64,000 bases of DNA. Source: Aureliella sp. GTDB taxonomy: Bacteria; Planctomycetota; Planctomycetia; Pirellulales; Pirellulaceae. This document shows, piece after piece, positions 10,797 to 21,565 of this stretch. The notes below the pieces were generated by a model. That model searched no databases. It had not been told where the DNA came from and was given only the letters and a program-made list of their open reading frames with translations. Within the stretch, counting starts at the first letter, position 1. Every line of letters begins with the position of its first letter. The translations under genes were made by a program, and so were the position numbers. Location of the stretch: positions 2,016,001-2,080,000 of the forward strand of contig OY829846.1 of the NCBI GenBank assembly GCA_963691875.1. Reading direction: 5' to 3'.

Positions 10797-12224
10797 ATGA
10801 ACGAACTCGATCGTAGAAAGTGAATGCATCGGGCAGTCGCAGCTGGTGGACTTGGTCTGGCCGGGACGGCATGGTGGCTCAGTAATAGCCAGCGTGAGCA
10901 GTCATCCGATGAGATTCGCGTTACAGGAATTCCTCAAAGAAGACCGGAGCCCCATTTTGCGGCGAGGGCCAAAAATGTCATATGCTTGTTTATGGCCGGC
11001 GCACCGAGTCAAGTTGATTTGTTTGATCCCAAGCCGAGACTCCGTGAGCTCAATGGGAAAACCGTTTCGCTTGAGGGCCAATCGCCAGTCAGTGCTCTCG
11101 AGCCAACTTCCTACTTCTGGCCGAGTCCCTACAAGTTCGCCAGTGGTGGGCAAAGCGGCATCGAAGTTAGTGACCTACTGCCTAACACGCGAAAAATTGT
11201 GGATGAGTTGTGTGTCGTCCGATCAATGGTGACCGATACCTCCAACCATCATCCTGGCCAACACATGTGGATGACCGGAGTCACGCGATACGGACATCCC
11301 GCTCTAGGAGCCTGGGTGTCTTATGGTCTTGGTAGTGCCAACGAGGAGTTGCCAGGATACATTGTGCTGAGTTCTGGGCAAGGAACGGCAGCAGGTGCGA
11401 GCAACTGGTCTAGTGGCTTTATGCCCTCTCGATATCAAGGCGTCCCGCTGCGGAGCACCGGCGAGCCCATCCTGTATTTGAAGGCTCCACGGGGAATCGA
11501 CGGACGGATGCAGCGAAAATCAATGGAGTTGATTTCGCAGCTCAATGCGGAGCACTATCGGAATACGAACGACCTGACGGTGCTCGAAAGCATGCAGGCC
11601 TATGAAGCCGCTTTCCGATTGCAGTCTAGTGCTCCTGAGTTGATGGACCTCTCCGATGAGTCCTCCGGCACCTTAGATGCCTACAGAACCAGCGCGGGAA
11701 CGGGTGGATTTGCGATGAACTGCCTACTGGCCCGGCGTTTGGTCGAGAAAGGTGTTCGCTTTGTGCAACTCAACCACTCAAGCTGGGACGCGCATAAGGA
11801 AATATGTGACAACCATGAAGGACACTGCAAAGCCATTGACCAGCCAATTGCTGCTTTAATCGAAGACCTGCGTCAGCGCGGCTTGTTGGACGAAACACTG
11901 GTTGTTTGGGGAGGCGAGTTTGGCCGGACTCCTACGGCAGAACACCGCCGCAAGGAGAGCATGCGAAATATAGGTCGAGATCATCAAGCAAGTGGCTTCA
12001 CCATTTGGATGGCTGGCGGCGGTATCAAGTCGGGGCATGTTCATGGTTCCACCGATGAGGTTTGTTTGGACGTAGCAGAAAACCCGGTGCATGTGCACGA
12101 TCTCCAAGCCACGATCCTTCACTGCCTAGGGCTAGACCACGAAAAACTAACCTTTCCTTACCTTGGTCGTCAGCATAAGCTTACAGACACAGGCGGCGAA
12201 GTCGTACACGAGTTACTAGCCTAG
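10797..12224 (+). CDS. DUF1501 sulfatase-like protein; N-terminal Tat signal interrupted by TGA (open ORF 10824-12224)
   Basis: AKNVICLFMAGAPSQVDLFDPKP, WGGEFGRTP, GRDH, HDLQATILHCLGLDH; upstream in frame ATG-MNELDRRK-TGA. Confidence 0.85.
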
Positions 12225-12247
12225 CTGAGACGAGAACAAGCCTAGCT

Positions 12248-13288
12248 TCAGCCGCCCTGGGTCGCTGCGAGCGCAAGGACAACGACGACCACGACGGCAA
12301 GAATTGCAAGAAACTTCCAACTCGCCTCTGGACGAGCCTCAGGTTGAATCTTGCGTTTCAAGCTACTCATCCCCGGATCGATAACTTCTTGCTCAACAAC
12401 GTTGGCTGCAGCCACATCACCTGAGGAGCCGTCAGCAACGGGCACTCCGCTCGTCTTCAAACCATGCGAAGCAAGTAGCTCAGACAGCACACCCTGCACG
12501 GCTCGAGCATTGAAAGGACGTTGGTCGGGATCTTTCTCCAAGAGACTATCAATAATGTTGGCCAATGATTCTGGACAATCGGGGACAAACTCAGTGACTC
12601 GCGGTGCTTTTTTGTGCAAATGCTGTTCAAAAAGCATCGCGAAGTTGACGCCTTCGAAAGGCTTTTGACCCGTAAGCAACTCAAACAATAAACAGCCAAG
12701 CGAGTACAGGTCCGCCTTGCCGTTGGCCATCTCTCCTTTAATCTGCTCAGGAGCCATGTATGCGTGCGTGCCAACCGTCAGCCCCTGGCTGGTGATGTCC
12801 GCGGCCAGAGTGTCACGCGCGATGCCGAAATCGCCAAGTTTGACATGAGCATTTTCGTCAAGGAACAAATTCCCCGGTTTTAAGTCGCGGTGGATTATGC
12901 CATTGTTATGAGCGGCTTGAAGCGCTCCACAAACCTGTCGTCCTATGGAGGCGACCTCTTGCCACGAGAGACGCCCGAAACGATCGAGAAGATCCCGAAC
13001 GTTACCACCCGAAACCAACTCCATCGCGAAGAAGAGTTTGCCGTCGTACTCACCACCGCCAAAGTAGCGAATGATGTGTGGGTGCTGGAGTCGCTGGAGA
13101 ATCTCCATCTCGCGACGAAATCGCTTCCGCACCAACTCGTCTTCCGAAATTGCATCTTGCAAAACTTTAACGGCGACTTCCGCTTGCTTCCCACCTGTCT
13201 CAGGCAGACGAGCTTGGTAGACCGTCCCTACCGTGCCCGTCCCAAGTACGGCTCCGATTTCTAAGTTTTGGTAGCTAAGTTTCTTCAT
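12248..13288 (-). CDS. Hanks-type Ser/Thr protein kinase with C-terminal TM helix
   Basis: LGTGTVGTVY, VAVK, IHRDLKPGN, DFG, YMAPE. Confidence 0.92.
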   Translation of the reverse strand: MKKLSYQNLEIGAVLGTGTVGTVYQARLPETGGKQAEVAVKVLQDAISEDELVRKRFRREMEILQRLQHPHIIRYFGGGEYDGKLFFAMELVSGGNVRDLLDRFGRLSWQEVASIGRQVCGALQAAHNNGIIHRDLKPGNLFLDENAHVKLGDFGIARDTLAADITSQGLTVGTHAYMAPEQIKGEMANGKADLYSLGCLLFELLTGQKPFEGVNFAMLFEQHLHKKAPRVTEFVPDCPESLANIIDSLLEKDPDQRPFNARAVQGVLSELLASHGLKTSGVPVADGSSGDVAAANVVEQEVIDPGMSSLKRKIQPEARPEASWKFLAILAVVVVVVLALAATQGG

Positions 13289-13458
13289 GAGAAAACAACA
13301 TTCGGGGCGTTCGCAAAACCCAATGGCTAACGTTATGTTAGAAGAAACTGAGCCCATCCGCAGCGCGAGGTGCACCGTCAGACACGACGGGGATCAGCGC
13401 TAGCTGCACTGTAGACCAATTTGCAATGCAGAAGACTATCGCAGCTTGAGAGAAGAAG

Positions 13459-14097
13459 ATGTCGGTCGTAAAGCTAGACCTCTCGCAACCCGTGTCCAAG
13501 TTGATCGGTATTGTCGAGAAGCACAGTAAAAGTCTGTCTGAGGAACGAAGTCAGTTGTTGACAAAAGCAGCCGAGAGTATCGTTCGGTTACAGCAAATCC
13601 GCAGCCAAGTTAACTTGCTATTTATCTGCACTCATAACTCTCGGCGCAGTCATTTTTCAGATTTCTGGACTCAAGTAGCAATGTCCTGTTACGGGGCGGA
13701 GAATCTTTTCTCTGCCTCTTGCGGCACTGAAACCACGGAGTGCAATCCCCGAACCATTGCTTCTCTCCAGCGAGTAGGGTTTGATGTGTCGAGTGATGGC
13801 AAGAAACAGAATCCTCACTACAAAATCCCTTTCGGTGGAAGGGAAATCATGCTGTTTTCGAAGGCATTTGGTGCTCCAGGATTACCCACTTCCGACGTCG
13901 TTGCCATGATGTGCTGTCATGACGCCGAGGAGAATTGCCCTATCATTCCAGGTGCGGAACACAAAGTATCCTTGCATTACAAGGATCCTAAGTCGTCTGA
14001 TGGCACTGATGCTGAGGCGGCGACCTACGACGCGAGAAGTCTGCAGATCGCCTCCGAGATGTTCTTCCTGGTTCGCCAGATAGTGAAGAACGATTAG
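13459..14097 (+). CDS. LMW protein-tyrosine-phosphatase / arsenate-reductase family protein
   Basis: LFICTHNSRRS (Cx5R), CPIIPGA, YKDPK. Confidence 0.85.
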   Translation: MSVVKLDLSQPVSKLIGIVEKHSKSLSEERSQLLTKAAESIVRLQQIRSQVNLLFICTHNSRRSHFSDFWTQVAMSCYGAENLFSASCGTETTECNPRTIASLQRVGFDVSSDGKKQNPHYKIPFGGREIMLFSKAFGAPGLPTSDVVAMMCCHDAEENCPIIPGAEHKVSLHYKDPKSSDGTDAEAATYDARSLQIASEMFFLVRQIVKND

Positions 14098-14231
14098 CTA
14101 TTTATCTAGGCCGTAGCGAGAGCAATGCTGTGAAATCGTCTCACAATGAATCGGGAGTAGGAGTGAGCCGGCGCATGCGACTGGTCGTTAAACAACTGAG
14201 CCTTATAGCCAAACGCCCAAAGCAAGAACAG

Positions 14232-14897
14232 CTATCTATCTAGCACAATCCTGCCTAGAATGCCCTCCATGATGCGACGTTCTAGATCAAGATCGCGCCC
14301 GATTTCGTACCAACCAAGGGTTAGAGGCAGTTGGCGAAGCTGGTTTTCGTTGCGGACAATTGAGCCGTCGTGACGCTGTGCTGCAGCTCCCGATGCAGCG
14401 AATTGCGACTGATCAACGTCTTCCTGCTCCTTTATCACCTCAACCGTAATTTGATATCCCGTCGGCTCTGAGAGCACTCGGACGGTACAAGTACGTCGGA
14501 TGGTCTGAACCGTGCTCTGCACGCGCTCAAAGCCGCGCGCGGTGTCACTGCGCCATGGCTCGAGGGATGTGCCACTGATCTCGGGGAAGGTCGTGAGCTT
14601 GCCTTCCATAAAGCCAGCATCACTCCGACGAACAGGTTGCTCAGTGTCGATGCGAAAGTGATCATCAACCGCGTCGACAATCATTTTCCATAGAAAATCT
14701 GCGTCGACCGGGCCGATGTTGGTGGGATTTGAAACATCCACTTCGATTGGGGTTGGGCCAAAGTTTGGCTGAAATGGCAGTGGTCCAAATCGCCGGCAGC
14801 CAACGAAACACAACAACATGGCGCATGCGAGAACGGTGCGTCGGTATATTGGCAATCGCTCGCAATTTAATCTTTGATGTTCCTCGTTGGCGGGCAT
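14232..14897 (-). CDS. hypothetical lipoprotein
   Basis: 221-aa ORF, lipobox-like FVGC, starts 6 bp after the ParA stop. Confidence 0.7.
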   Translation of the reverse strand: MPANEEHQRLNCERLPIYRRTVLACAMLLCFVGCRRFGPLPFQPNFGPTPIEVDVSNPTNIGPVDADFLWKMIVDAVDDHFRIDTEQPVRRSDAGFMEGKLTTFPEISGTSLEPWRSDTARGFERVQSTVQTIRRTCTVRVLSEPTGYQITVEVIKEQEDVDQSQFAASGAAAQRHDGSIVRNENQLRQLPLTLGWYEIGRDLDLERRIMEGILGRIVLDR

Positions 14898-14902
14898 GTA
14901 TC

Positions 14903-15790
14903 TCAGGCAGCTCGATTCTGTGGAACGGGCTCCACCACGCCGGCTTCTTCCGCCATTTCGATCCCGACGTCTTCTTGCAGTTCGTCGGCATCATCGAGCT
15001 CGCCGAACTCGTCTAGGACTTCGAATGCCAATGAGCGGTAGTCTTCAGCACCATTGGAGTTCGCTGCATACTCAAAGATTGATTGTCCGAAGCTTGGCGC
15101 TTCAGCTAAGCGAATATTCCGTCGTATGCGAGTCTGGAAGAACCTGGCTCCGGCCCAAACGCCTTCATCACGTGACTGAATTTTGAGGAACTCGTCGACA
15201 TCTCGGCTTACTTCAGCCGCGAGACGGGTTCCGGATTCGTACATGCACAGCACAACACCCGAGAGGTGTAAGCCTGGATTGAGTCGTTTTGAAACGATCT
15301 CAATCGTCTTTAGCAGTTTGCTAAGCCCGTGCAGTGCTAGGAAGTGTGGCTGTAGTGGCAAGAACACTTCTTGCACCGCAGTCAGCGCATTCAAAGTGAG
15401 AACACCGAGCGAAGGTGGACAGTCCAGAATGACGTAGTCAAACTCGTCTTGGTCCGCTTCTAACTTGTCGCGCAAGATGACTTCGCGTCCTACTTCGCCA
15501 GCCAGTTCTAACTCGGCTGCCGCCAGGTCTAAGTTCGATGGCACGACGGCCAGTTTTTCGTTCACCCAACAGCGCGCGTCTTCCAGTGTCGCATCGCCGC
15601 AAAGGATGTCATACACACTTGGTTGATCGCTGATCACACTTAACCCAAGGTGCAGCGATGCATGAGCTTGTGGATCAAGATCGATCACGCAGACTTTCTT
15701 TCCCGTCTCGCTCAACGCGGCGGCCAAGTTGACAGCAGTCGTCGTCTTGCCTACACCACCTTTTTGATTGATCACTGCCATAGAACTCAT
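14903..15790 (-). CDS. parA: ParA/Soj family ATPase
   Basis: [11 protein letters not shown] deviant Walker [22 protein letters not shown]. Confidence 0.9.
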   Translation of the reverse strand: MSSMAVINQKGGVGKTTTAVNLAAALSETGKKVCVIDLDPQAHASLHLGLSVISDQPSVYDILCGDATLEDARCWVNEKLAVVPSNLDLAAAELELAGEVGREVILRDKLEADQDEFDYVILDCPPSLGVLTLNALTAVQEVFLPLQPHFLALHGLSKLLKTIEIVSKRLNPGLHLSGVVLCMYESGTRLAAEVSRDVDEFLKIQSRDEGVWAGARFFQTRIRRNIRLAEAPSFGQSIFEYAANSNGAEDYRSLAFEVLDEFGELDDADELQEDVGIEMAEEAGVVEPVPQNRAA

Positions 15791-16005
15791 GGCCAACACT
15801 CCTTTTGTATGTCTTCCCGCAAACGGGCGCGTATTTTGCCAGGACTATAGAAAAAGTCTTGAGTAGCTGGCTAGATCGTTCTCTACCATTCGTTTCTCTT
15901 GTTTCGATTTGAGCACACTTACTTTTGGTGAAGGCCTGGGCTTAGAATGCTAGCTATCGAGATGGAGCTTTTTGATGAGCCCTAAATGAGCGACATGGTT
16001 GCGAA

Positions 16006-16695
16006 ATGTATAAGTTGAGAACTTTTTTAACCGCGTTCGAAGCCGAACAAACCCGGAATCGCCTATGCGAAGCCGGGATCGGTGCGTGGGTCGAAGGAGC
16101 CGAAGCGCAGACGGCCATGTCCTACATTGGCTCGGCGATTGGAGGCGTGGCAGTTGTCATTTCGGAAGAGGACATACTGGCGGCCGAAGAAATTCTATGT
16201 GACGATTTCCCACCGGGTAGACCATGGACCTGCAGGGTTTGCTGGAGCGATATCGACGAAGGCTTCGATGTATGCTGGAGATGTGGCGCGGATCGTAGTC
16301 AAGCGAGACAACCCGAGCCGGCACCTCCCGCGGACGAACTTGCGCCTGAGGATTACACCGTCGACCCTGGCGAGAACTCTTTTGCTTCTCCAGATGTCTT
16401 AGCGTCTCCCTACGCGCCGATTGCCACCGAGCAACTCCAAAGTAGAACAAACGAAGAGCAACGGGCGGAAGAAGAGGATATGCCTCTTGTCAAGCGAGCC
16501 TTGATTGCGGCTATCCTTGGCCCCCTAATGCTACCGCTGATTGCCCAGCTCTATGTCATCATTTTGTTGGCTCGAATCGCCCCCCGTTACCCAAGACTTA
16601 ACAAATCAGAACGACGTGACGTTTGGATCGCATTCTGCGCATGTCTCATGCACTTCGCGCTCCTGGCCGTTTTTGCTCGCGGATTCACCCTTTAG
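16006..16695 (+). CDS. DUF2007-like protein with Zn ribbon and two TM helices
   Basis: EA..RNRL.EAGI N-terminus; WTCRVC...FDVCWRCG; hydrophobic C-terminus. Confidence 0.7.
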   Translation: MYKLRTFLTAFEAEQTRNRLCEAGIGAWVEGAEAQTAMSYIGSAIGGVAVVISEEDILAAEEILCDDFPPGRPWTCRVCWSDIDEGFDVCWRCGADRSQARQPEPAPPADELAPEDYTVDPGENSFASPDVLASPYAPIATEQLQSRTNEEQRAEEEDMPLVKRALIAAILGPLMLPLIAQLYVIILLARIAPRYPRLNKSERRDVWIAFCACLMHFALLAVFARGFTL

Positions 16696-16896
16696 TTCAT
16701 TCATCGCGACATCAATGTTGCGAGTCCCGCGAGGACCTCCGTCGACGGGCAGAATGATGGAATCGGCTCGCCTGCCGAGGCTGTGGATTCGATCTCTGCC
16801 CTTGTCGAGTCGGCCGCAATGAAAAACTTCCAGTGCTTGCAGGGGCAAGTATTATGGAATGTTTCACTTTAGTCATTGCACCCTGGATCATCCCGC

Positions 16897-18753
16897 ATGT
16901 TCCTTCGCTCCTCAGCCTCACGACTCCATTTGGAAACACTTGAATCCCGACAGCTGCTGGCCGCTGAAATCGTGGATTTCCACGGCGATTCCCCAGCCGA
17001 AAAAGAGTCAGTACATATCGCTGCATTGCCCGCTTTAGCTAGTTCCGAACTCATTGCCGAGGGAGAAAGTATCGCCGCACCAGATCTTGTCGGCTTTGCA
17101 AAGGCACTTCGAGACTCTGGCGATGTCCGATTCTTCTGCGCGGCTTGGTCAGAAGCTTGTACGCTGCAGAAAGAAGCCTTCGAGGACGGAGGGCAGTTTC
17201 TACCCTTTGAGGAAGTCACTGACGCGGCACGCAGAGGAAATGCTCTCGCGGCGTCTGAGAATATCACTACCATTCCAACTTGGCAGTTCGGCAATGCCAA
17301 CAATCGCGTCGAACGCATCATGACACTGGAAGAAATCTCGGAGGCTTCTGGCATCGCCATTCCCGTTGCATCGATTCCTTCGTTTGTCACCGTTCCGGAT
17401 CAGACCGTCATGATCGGCGGAGCTTTGCACGTGGGCATCGATGCCTACGACCCGAATCAGGATGCCTTGACTTTCACGGTTCAATCTAGCGATCCAAGCA
17501 TCCTACAAGCAGAAGTACTCAGCGGGAATCGCAGCCTAACAATTTCGGTTTTCGGCTACGGTGACATGACTTTCGAGCTTTTCGAAGGCCGCGTGCCACG
17601 GCCTACATCACGCATTATCGAACTCGCCGAGTCTGATTTTTATGATGGCACGATCTTTCATCGCGTCATCGACAACTTTGTAATGCAAGGCGGCGATCCA
17701 ACCGGAACGGGCAATGGCGGATCAAGCCTCGGAGACTTCGACGACCAATACGATCTCGATCTCCAGCACAATGCGCGAGGCATCTTGTCCTACGCAAAGT
17801 CTTTGGACGACACCAACAACTCGCAGTTCTTTATTACAGAAGAAGCCTTTCCGCATCTGGACTATAATCATTCCGTATTCGGTGCGATGGTCGAAGGCGA
17901 AGCAAACCGAGAAGCGATTAGTGGGATCCTAGCAGGCCCTAGCGGGCGTCCCGTGTTCGATGTGGTACTAGAAGACGCGTCAGTTTCCCAAGACTCTGAG
18001 AACGCCATGTTGCGACTTCAACCAACGGGTGCTGGAACAGGATTCGTCGACATTATCGTTACTGTTGCTGATCCAGACGGCAATGAAGTGCAACAGACAT
18101 TCCAAGTTGAGATCACTGAGGACGCCTTCAATAGTTCGCCATTCCTCGATGATATTGCTCCGCCTGCTGGAACGAAAGACAAACCACTTGAAGTTCAGCT
18201 AACGGCCCAGGACGGCGAAGGTGATACGCTTGTCTTTGAAGTCGAGCGAGTTGGTGAACCTCAGTATGAGTTGACTGTAGACTCCGAAACGGGCCTGGTT
18301 ACCATTATTCCGCCCGACGGCTTTTCAGGCCAACTTCAATTCCGAGCTACTGTCTCCCAACTAGAGCAGTCACAATCCGGAAGCGAAACGGATGAGCAGC
18401 TCATTAGGGTGACTATTGAGCCGTCCAGTCATCAGAACCAAGCCAATATATTTGACGTCAACAGTGATTCGTTTGTAGCACCACTTGATGCGCTGATTGT
18501 CATCAATCATTTGAATACATTTGAGCCCAATTCGGTTGACCAGCTGGGACCTGAGCATCTCTTCGTCGATGTGAACGGCGACTGTGTCATTTCGCCACTC
18601 GATGCTTTACTGATCATTAACGAACTCAACAGCAATGCTGCCGGCGAAGGCGAAGCAGCTAAAGCCGTAGATATGTTTTTCGACGTATGGCAACTGACCG
18701 AGTTCCTAAAACCGTTGGAGGAAGACGAAGAGCCGAGCCACTTCTGGCAATAA
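16897..18753 (+). CDS. secreted cyclophilin-type peptidyl-prolyl isomerase with Trx-like and dockerin-like domains
   Basis: LETLESRQLLA export motif; FHRVIDNFVMQGGDP, SQFFIT; duplicated DVNxD.....PLDAL.IIN dockerin-like repeats. Confidence 0.88.
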   Translation: MFLRSSASRLHLETLESRQLLAAEIVDFHGDSPAEKESVHIAALPALASSELIAEGESIAAPDLVGFAKALRDSGDVRFFCAAWSEACTLQKEAFEDGGQFLPFEEVTDAARRGNALAASENITTIPTWQFGNANNRVERIMTLEEISEASGIAIPVASIPSFVTVPDQTVMIGGALHVGIDAYDPNQDALTFTVQSSDPSILQAEVLSGNRSLTISVFGYGDMTFELFEGRVPRPTSRIIELAESDFYDGTIFHRVIDNFVMQGGDPTGTGNGGSSLGDFDDQYDLDLQHNARGILSYAKSLDDTNNSQFFITEEAFPHLDYNHSVFGAMVEGEANREAISGILAGPSGRPVFDVVLEDASVSQDSENAMLRLQPTGAGTGFVDIIVTVADPDGNEVQQTFQVEITEDAFNSSPFLDDIAPPAGTKDKPLEVQLTAQDGEGDTLVFEVERVGEPQYELTVDSETGLVTIIPPDGFSGQLQFRATVSQLEQSQSGSETDEQLIRVTIEPSSHQNQANIFDVNSDSFVAPLDALIVINHLNTFEPNSVDQLGPEHLFVDVNGDCVISPLDALLIINELNSNAAGEGEAAKAVDMFFDVWQLTEFLKPLEEDEEPSHFWQ

Positions 18754-18800
18754 TTCGCTGGCCAGAAGCCCTTCCCTTTTGCCATAAAATGCCGATACTT

Positions 18801-18819
18801 ATTGACAATAAATCTCATT
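18801..18819 (+). promoter_or_regulatory. Fur-family-like operator overlapping a TTGACA hexamer
   Basis: ATTGACAATAAATCTCATT matches the 7-1-7 TGAGAATnATTCTCA form at 12/14, upstream of the metal ABC operon. Confidence 0.45.
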
Positions 18820-18940
18820 TAACACGCGCTGACCTCAACCCAGCAAGCCATCGTGGTTCCAGACCGGAATTCGCCCAGCCAGCAAGGGAAGTAGTTAGGA
18901 ATGTCTTTCTAGCACTCGGCCTTGTCCGGAAAGGAACTTA

Positions 18941-19903
18941 TTGATGAAGAAGAATGCTCCCAAGTTGAATTTGGGCATTGCCACGATTGCCTGCCTGTTG
19001 GCACTTTCGACAACCGGCTGCCAAACCCCCACTACCTCCGATGGTCAGCAGTGGGTAGCGACCACAGGGCATATTGCCGACGCATTGCGAAAAATCTCAG
19101 CCGGTACGGACAGCGAGATTACGCAGCTCTGTGGTCCCGGCGTCGACCCTCACTCGTACAGTGCCAGCATGAATGACATGAAGGCGATCAGTAATGCAAA
19201 CGCAGTCTTTTACAACGGATTTCACCTAGAAGCGAAGCTGCACGACATTTTGGAGCATGAGTTCGAAGACAAATCCTGGGCGATGTCAGCAAGCTTTCCA
19301 GCCGACGCTCGATTGGATTGGATGGAAGATGGCGAGGTTGACCCTGCGGCACCGTTTGATCCACATATCTGGAATCACTTGCCGGGTTGGGCTAAGTGTG
19401 TCGAATCTTTAATTGAGGAAGTTTGCAAAGTCGATCCTGACCATGCTGGAACTTACCGCAAGAACGGAAAGGCCTATGTAGAAGAAATTCGCAGGGTACA
19501 CGCCAGCGCCGAGGAGCAGTTTTCAAAGCTGCCCACCGAACGTCGTGTCCTGGTGAGCGCTCACGATGCCTTCAACTACTTTTCGAAAGTCTACGAATTC
19601 GAGTCCATCGCTGTCCTCGGGATCGGCAACGACGCGGAAGCAGATGTGCAGACAATCCGCAACGTAGCTCAAACTGTATGCGACAAGAAAATCCCAGTAA
19701 TATTCCTGGAGAATATCACTAACCCGAAAGTCACGAAGGCACTTCAAGAAGCATGCGAAGCACGAGACTGGCAAGTCAAGATTGCGGACCAGCCGCTGTA
19801 TTCAGATGACCTCGGCGTTGAGTCACCATTGGATACTTTTCTCGGAGCGTTCCAAAGCAACGTGAATCTCATCGCAAAGTCTCTGGCCGAGGAAATTCCA
19901 TAA
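18941..19903 (+). CDS. Mn/Zn/Fe ABC transporter substrate-binding lipoprotein (TroA-like)
   Basis: Lipobox TTGC, VDPHSY, NGFHLE, DPHIW, HDAFNYF. Confidence 0.92.
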   Translation: MMKKNAPKLNLGIATIACLLALSTTGCQTPTTSDGQQWVATTGHIADALRKISAGTDSEITQLCGPGVDPHSYSASMNDMKAISNANAVFYNGFHLEAKLHDILEHEFEDKSWAMSASFPADARLDWMEDGEVDPAAPFDPHIWNHLPGWAKCVESLIEEVCKVDPDHAGTYRKNGKAYVEEIRRVHASAEEQFSKLPTERRVLVSAHDAFNYFSKVYEFESIAVLGIGNDAEADVQTIRNVAQTVCDKKIPVIFLENITNPKVTKALQEACEARDWQVKIADQPLYSDDLGVESPLDTFLGAFQSNVNLIAKSLAEEIP

Positions 19904-19910
19904 CCGCTCG

Positions 19911-20681
19911 ATGCAAACCGCAATTAGCACTAGTCAGCTGACCGTTGCCTACGGCGCCAACACGGCACTTTGGAACGTCTCCACCGAGATTCCACAGGGC
20001 AAGATCTCTGCGATTATAGGCCCCAATGGCGCTGGCAAGAGTACGCTGCTGAAAGCAATTCTAGGCATGGTGCCGACACTCAGCGGAAGCGTTGATTTGC
20101 ACCTAAGTCCCTCGCAGGCCGTCAATCACGCAAGCGACATTGGCTACGTCCCACAGCGAAGTTCCGTTGACTGGGATTTTCCCATCACGGTACTCGACCT
20201 TGTTCTGATGGGCACCTACGGGCGTCTCAGATGGTTCCAACGTCCAGGCAAACGCGAAAAAGAAGCTGCCATGGAGTGCTTGAAGCAAGTCGAGATGGAG
20301 GATTTCTGCCATCGCCAGATCGGCCAGCTTTCGGGCGGGCAACAACAACGGGTCTTTCTGGCGAGAGCGTTTGTGCAGCAGGCGAGCGTGTATCTTCTTG
20401 ATGAACCATTCGCAGGTGTCGATGCCAAGACTGAGCAAATGATCATCGAAATCCTCCAACAACTTCGCGAAGCTGGGAATACGATCACGATGGTGCATCA
20501 TGACTTGACCACGGTGCAAAGTTATTTTGATCATGTCATTTTGCTCAACAAGCAGTTGGTGGCCAGCGGCCCAACGAGCGACACTTTTACCCAAGAGAAT
20601 CTGCAAGAGACCTACGGAATCGAGAGTGACTTGTTGCGTCAATCATCAAAGCGGGATGAGCTACCGGGACCGCAAGAATGA
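19911..20681 (+). CDS. metal ABC transporter ATP-binding protein (TroB-like)
   Basis: [22 protein letters not shown]. Confidence 0.95.
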   Translation: MQTAISTSQLTVAYGANTALWNVSTEIPQGKISAIIGPNGAGKSTLLKAILGMVPTLSGSVDLHLSPSQAVNHASDIGYVPQRSSVDWDFPITVLDLVLMGTYGRLRWFQRPGKREKEAAMECLKQVEMEDFCHRQIGQLSGGQQQRVFLARAFVQQASVYLLDEPFAGVDAKTEQMIIEILQQLREAGNTITMVHHDLTTVQSYFDHVILLNKQLVASGPTSDTFTQENLQETYGIESDLLRQSSKRDELPGPQE

Positions 20682-21565
20682 TCGAACTACTCAGCGATTA
20701 CACAGTTCGACTTGTAGTGATCGGTAGTGCTCTGATTGGGGCTACCAGTGGTGGATTGGGCTGCTACGCGTATCTGCGACGCCAGAGCCTGGTCGGCGAT
20801 GTGATCTCACACTCCTCGCTGCTTGGCATTGTCGCCTTCTTCTGGCTGTCACACTTTTTGACAGGTGAAGGCAACAAGTCGCTGTGGGTTCTGATCCCCG
20901 GTGCGATCACAGCGGGCTTGGCCGCGATGCTACTGACCAGAAGTGTGACAAACCGAACGAAGCTCAAGGAGGATGCGGGGCTCGGAGTCATGCTTGCCAT
21001 CTTCTTTGGCACCGGCCTGATGTTGCTACGTTGGATCCAACGTTCTTCCCCCCCCATCTCTGGACAGGCTGGGCTGGACGACTACTTGTTCGGTATGGCG
21101 GCTGCAATGACATCCAGTGACTTATGGATGATTTGCTCGCTTGCGTTGCTGTCCGCGATCACCGTTCTGTTTTGCTGGTCGCGCCTCAAGATCCTGACTT
21201 TTGACGAAGAGTACGCCGCCGGACTGGGACTTCCGACTGCGAGGTGGGAAGTATTGCTGCTGGCGCTGCTTGTCATTGGAATTGTTATCGGGCTTCAAAT
21301 CGTTGGCGTCGTACTTATGGTTGCGATGTTGATCGCCCCTGCTAGTGCTGCGAGACAGTGGACACACTCTCTGGGCGCCATGTTCTGCATCGCCGCAGGA
21401 CTTGGAGCCACTTGTGCCGCTTCAGGTGCTTTTCTCAGCTCGGTGCAGAAGGGACTCCCTACCGGACCGGTAATCGTAATGTTCCTCACGGCCGTAGTAA
21501 TTGCCTCTGTACTGCTGAGTCCTTCTCGAGGTATTTTGTTCGGGAGGCAACGTCTTGTCAGCTGA
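20678..21565 (+). CDS. metal ABC transporter permease (TroC-like)
   Basis: [15 protein letters not shown], multiple TM helices, ATGA overlap with the preceding gene. Confidence 0.92.
   Translation: MIELLSDYTVRLVVIGSALIGATSGGLGCYAYLRRQSLVGDVISHSSLLGIVAFFWLSHFLTGEGNKSLWVLIPGAITAGLAAMLLTRSVTNRTKLKEDAGLGVMLAIFFGTGLMLLRWIQRSSPPISGQAGLDDYLFGMAAAMTSSDLWMICSLALLSAITVLFCWSRLKILTFDEEYAAGLGLPTARWEVLLLALLVIGIVIGLQIVGVVLMVAMLIAPASAARQWTHSLGAMFCIAAGLGATCAASGAFLSSVQKGLPTGPVIVMFLTAVVIASVLLSPSRGILFGRQRLVS

Noticed and set aside
10821..10823. TGA in the DUF1501 gene as selenocysteine
   Set aside because: It lies in a signal peptide, not at a redox Cys position, and no clear SECIS-like hairpin follows
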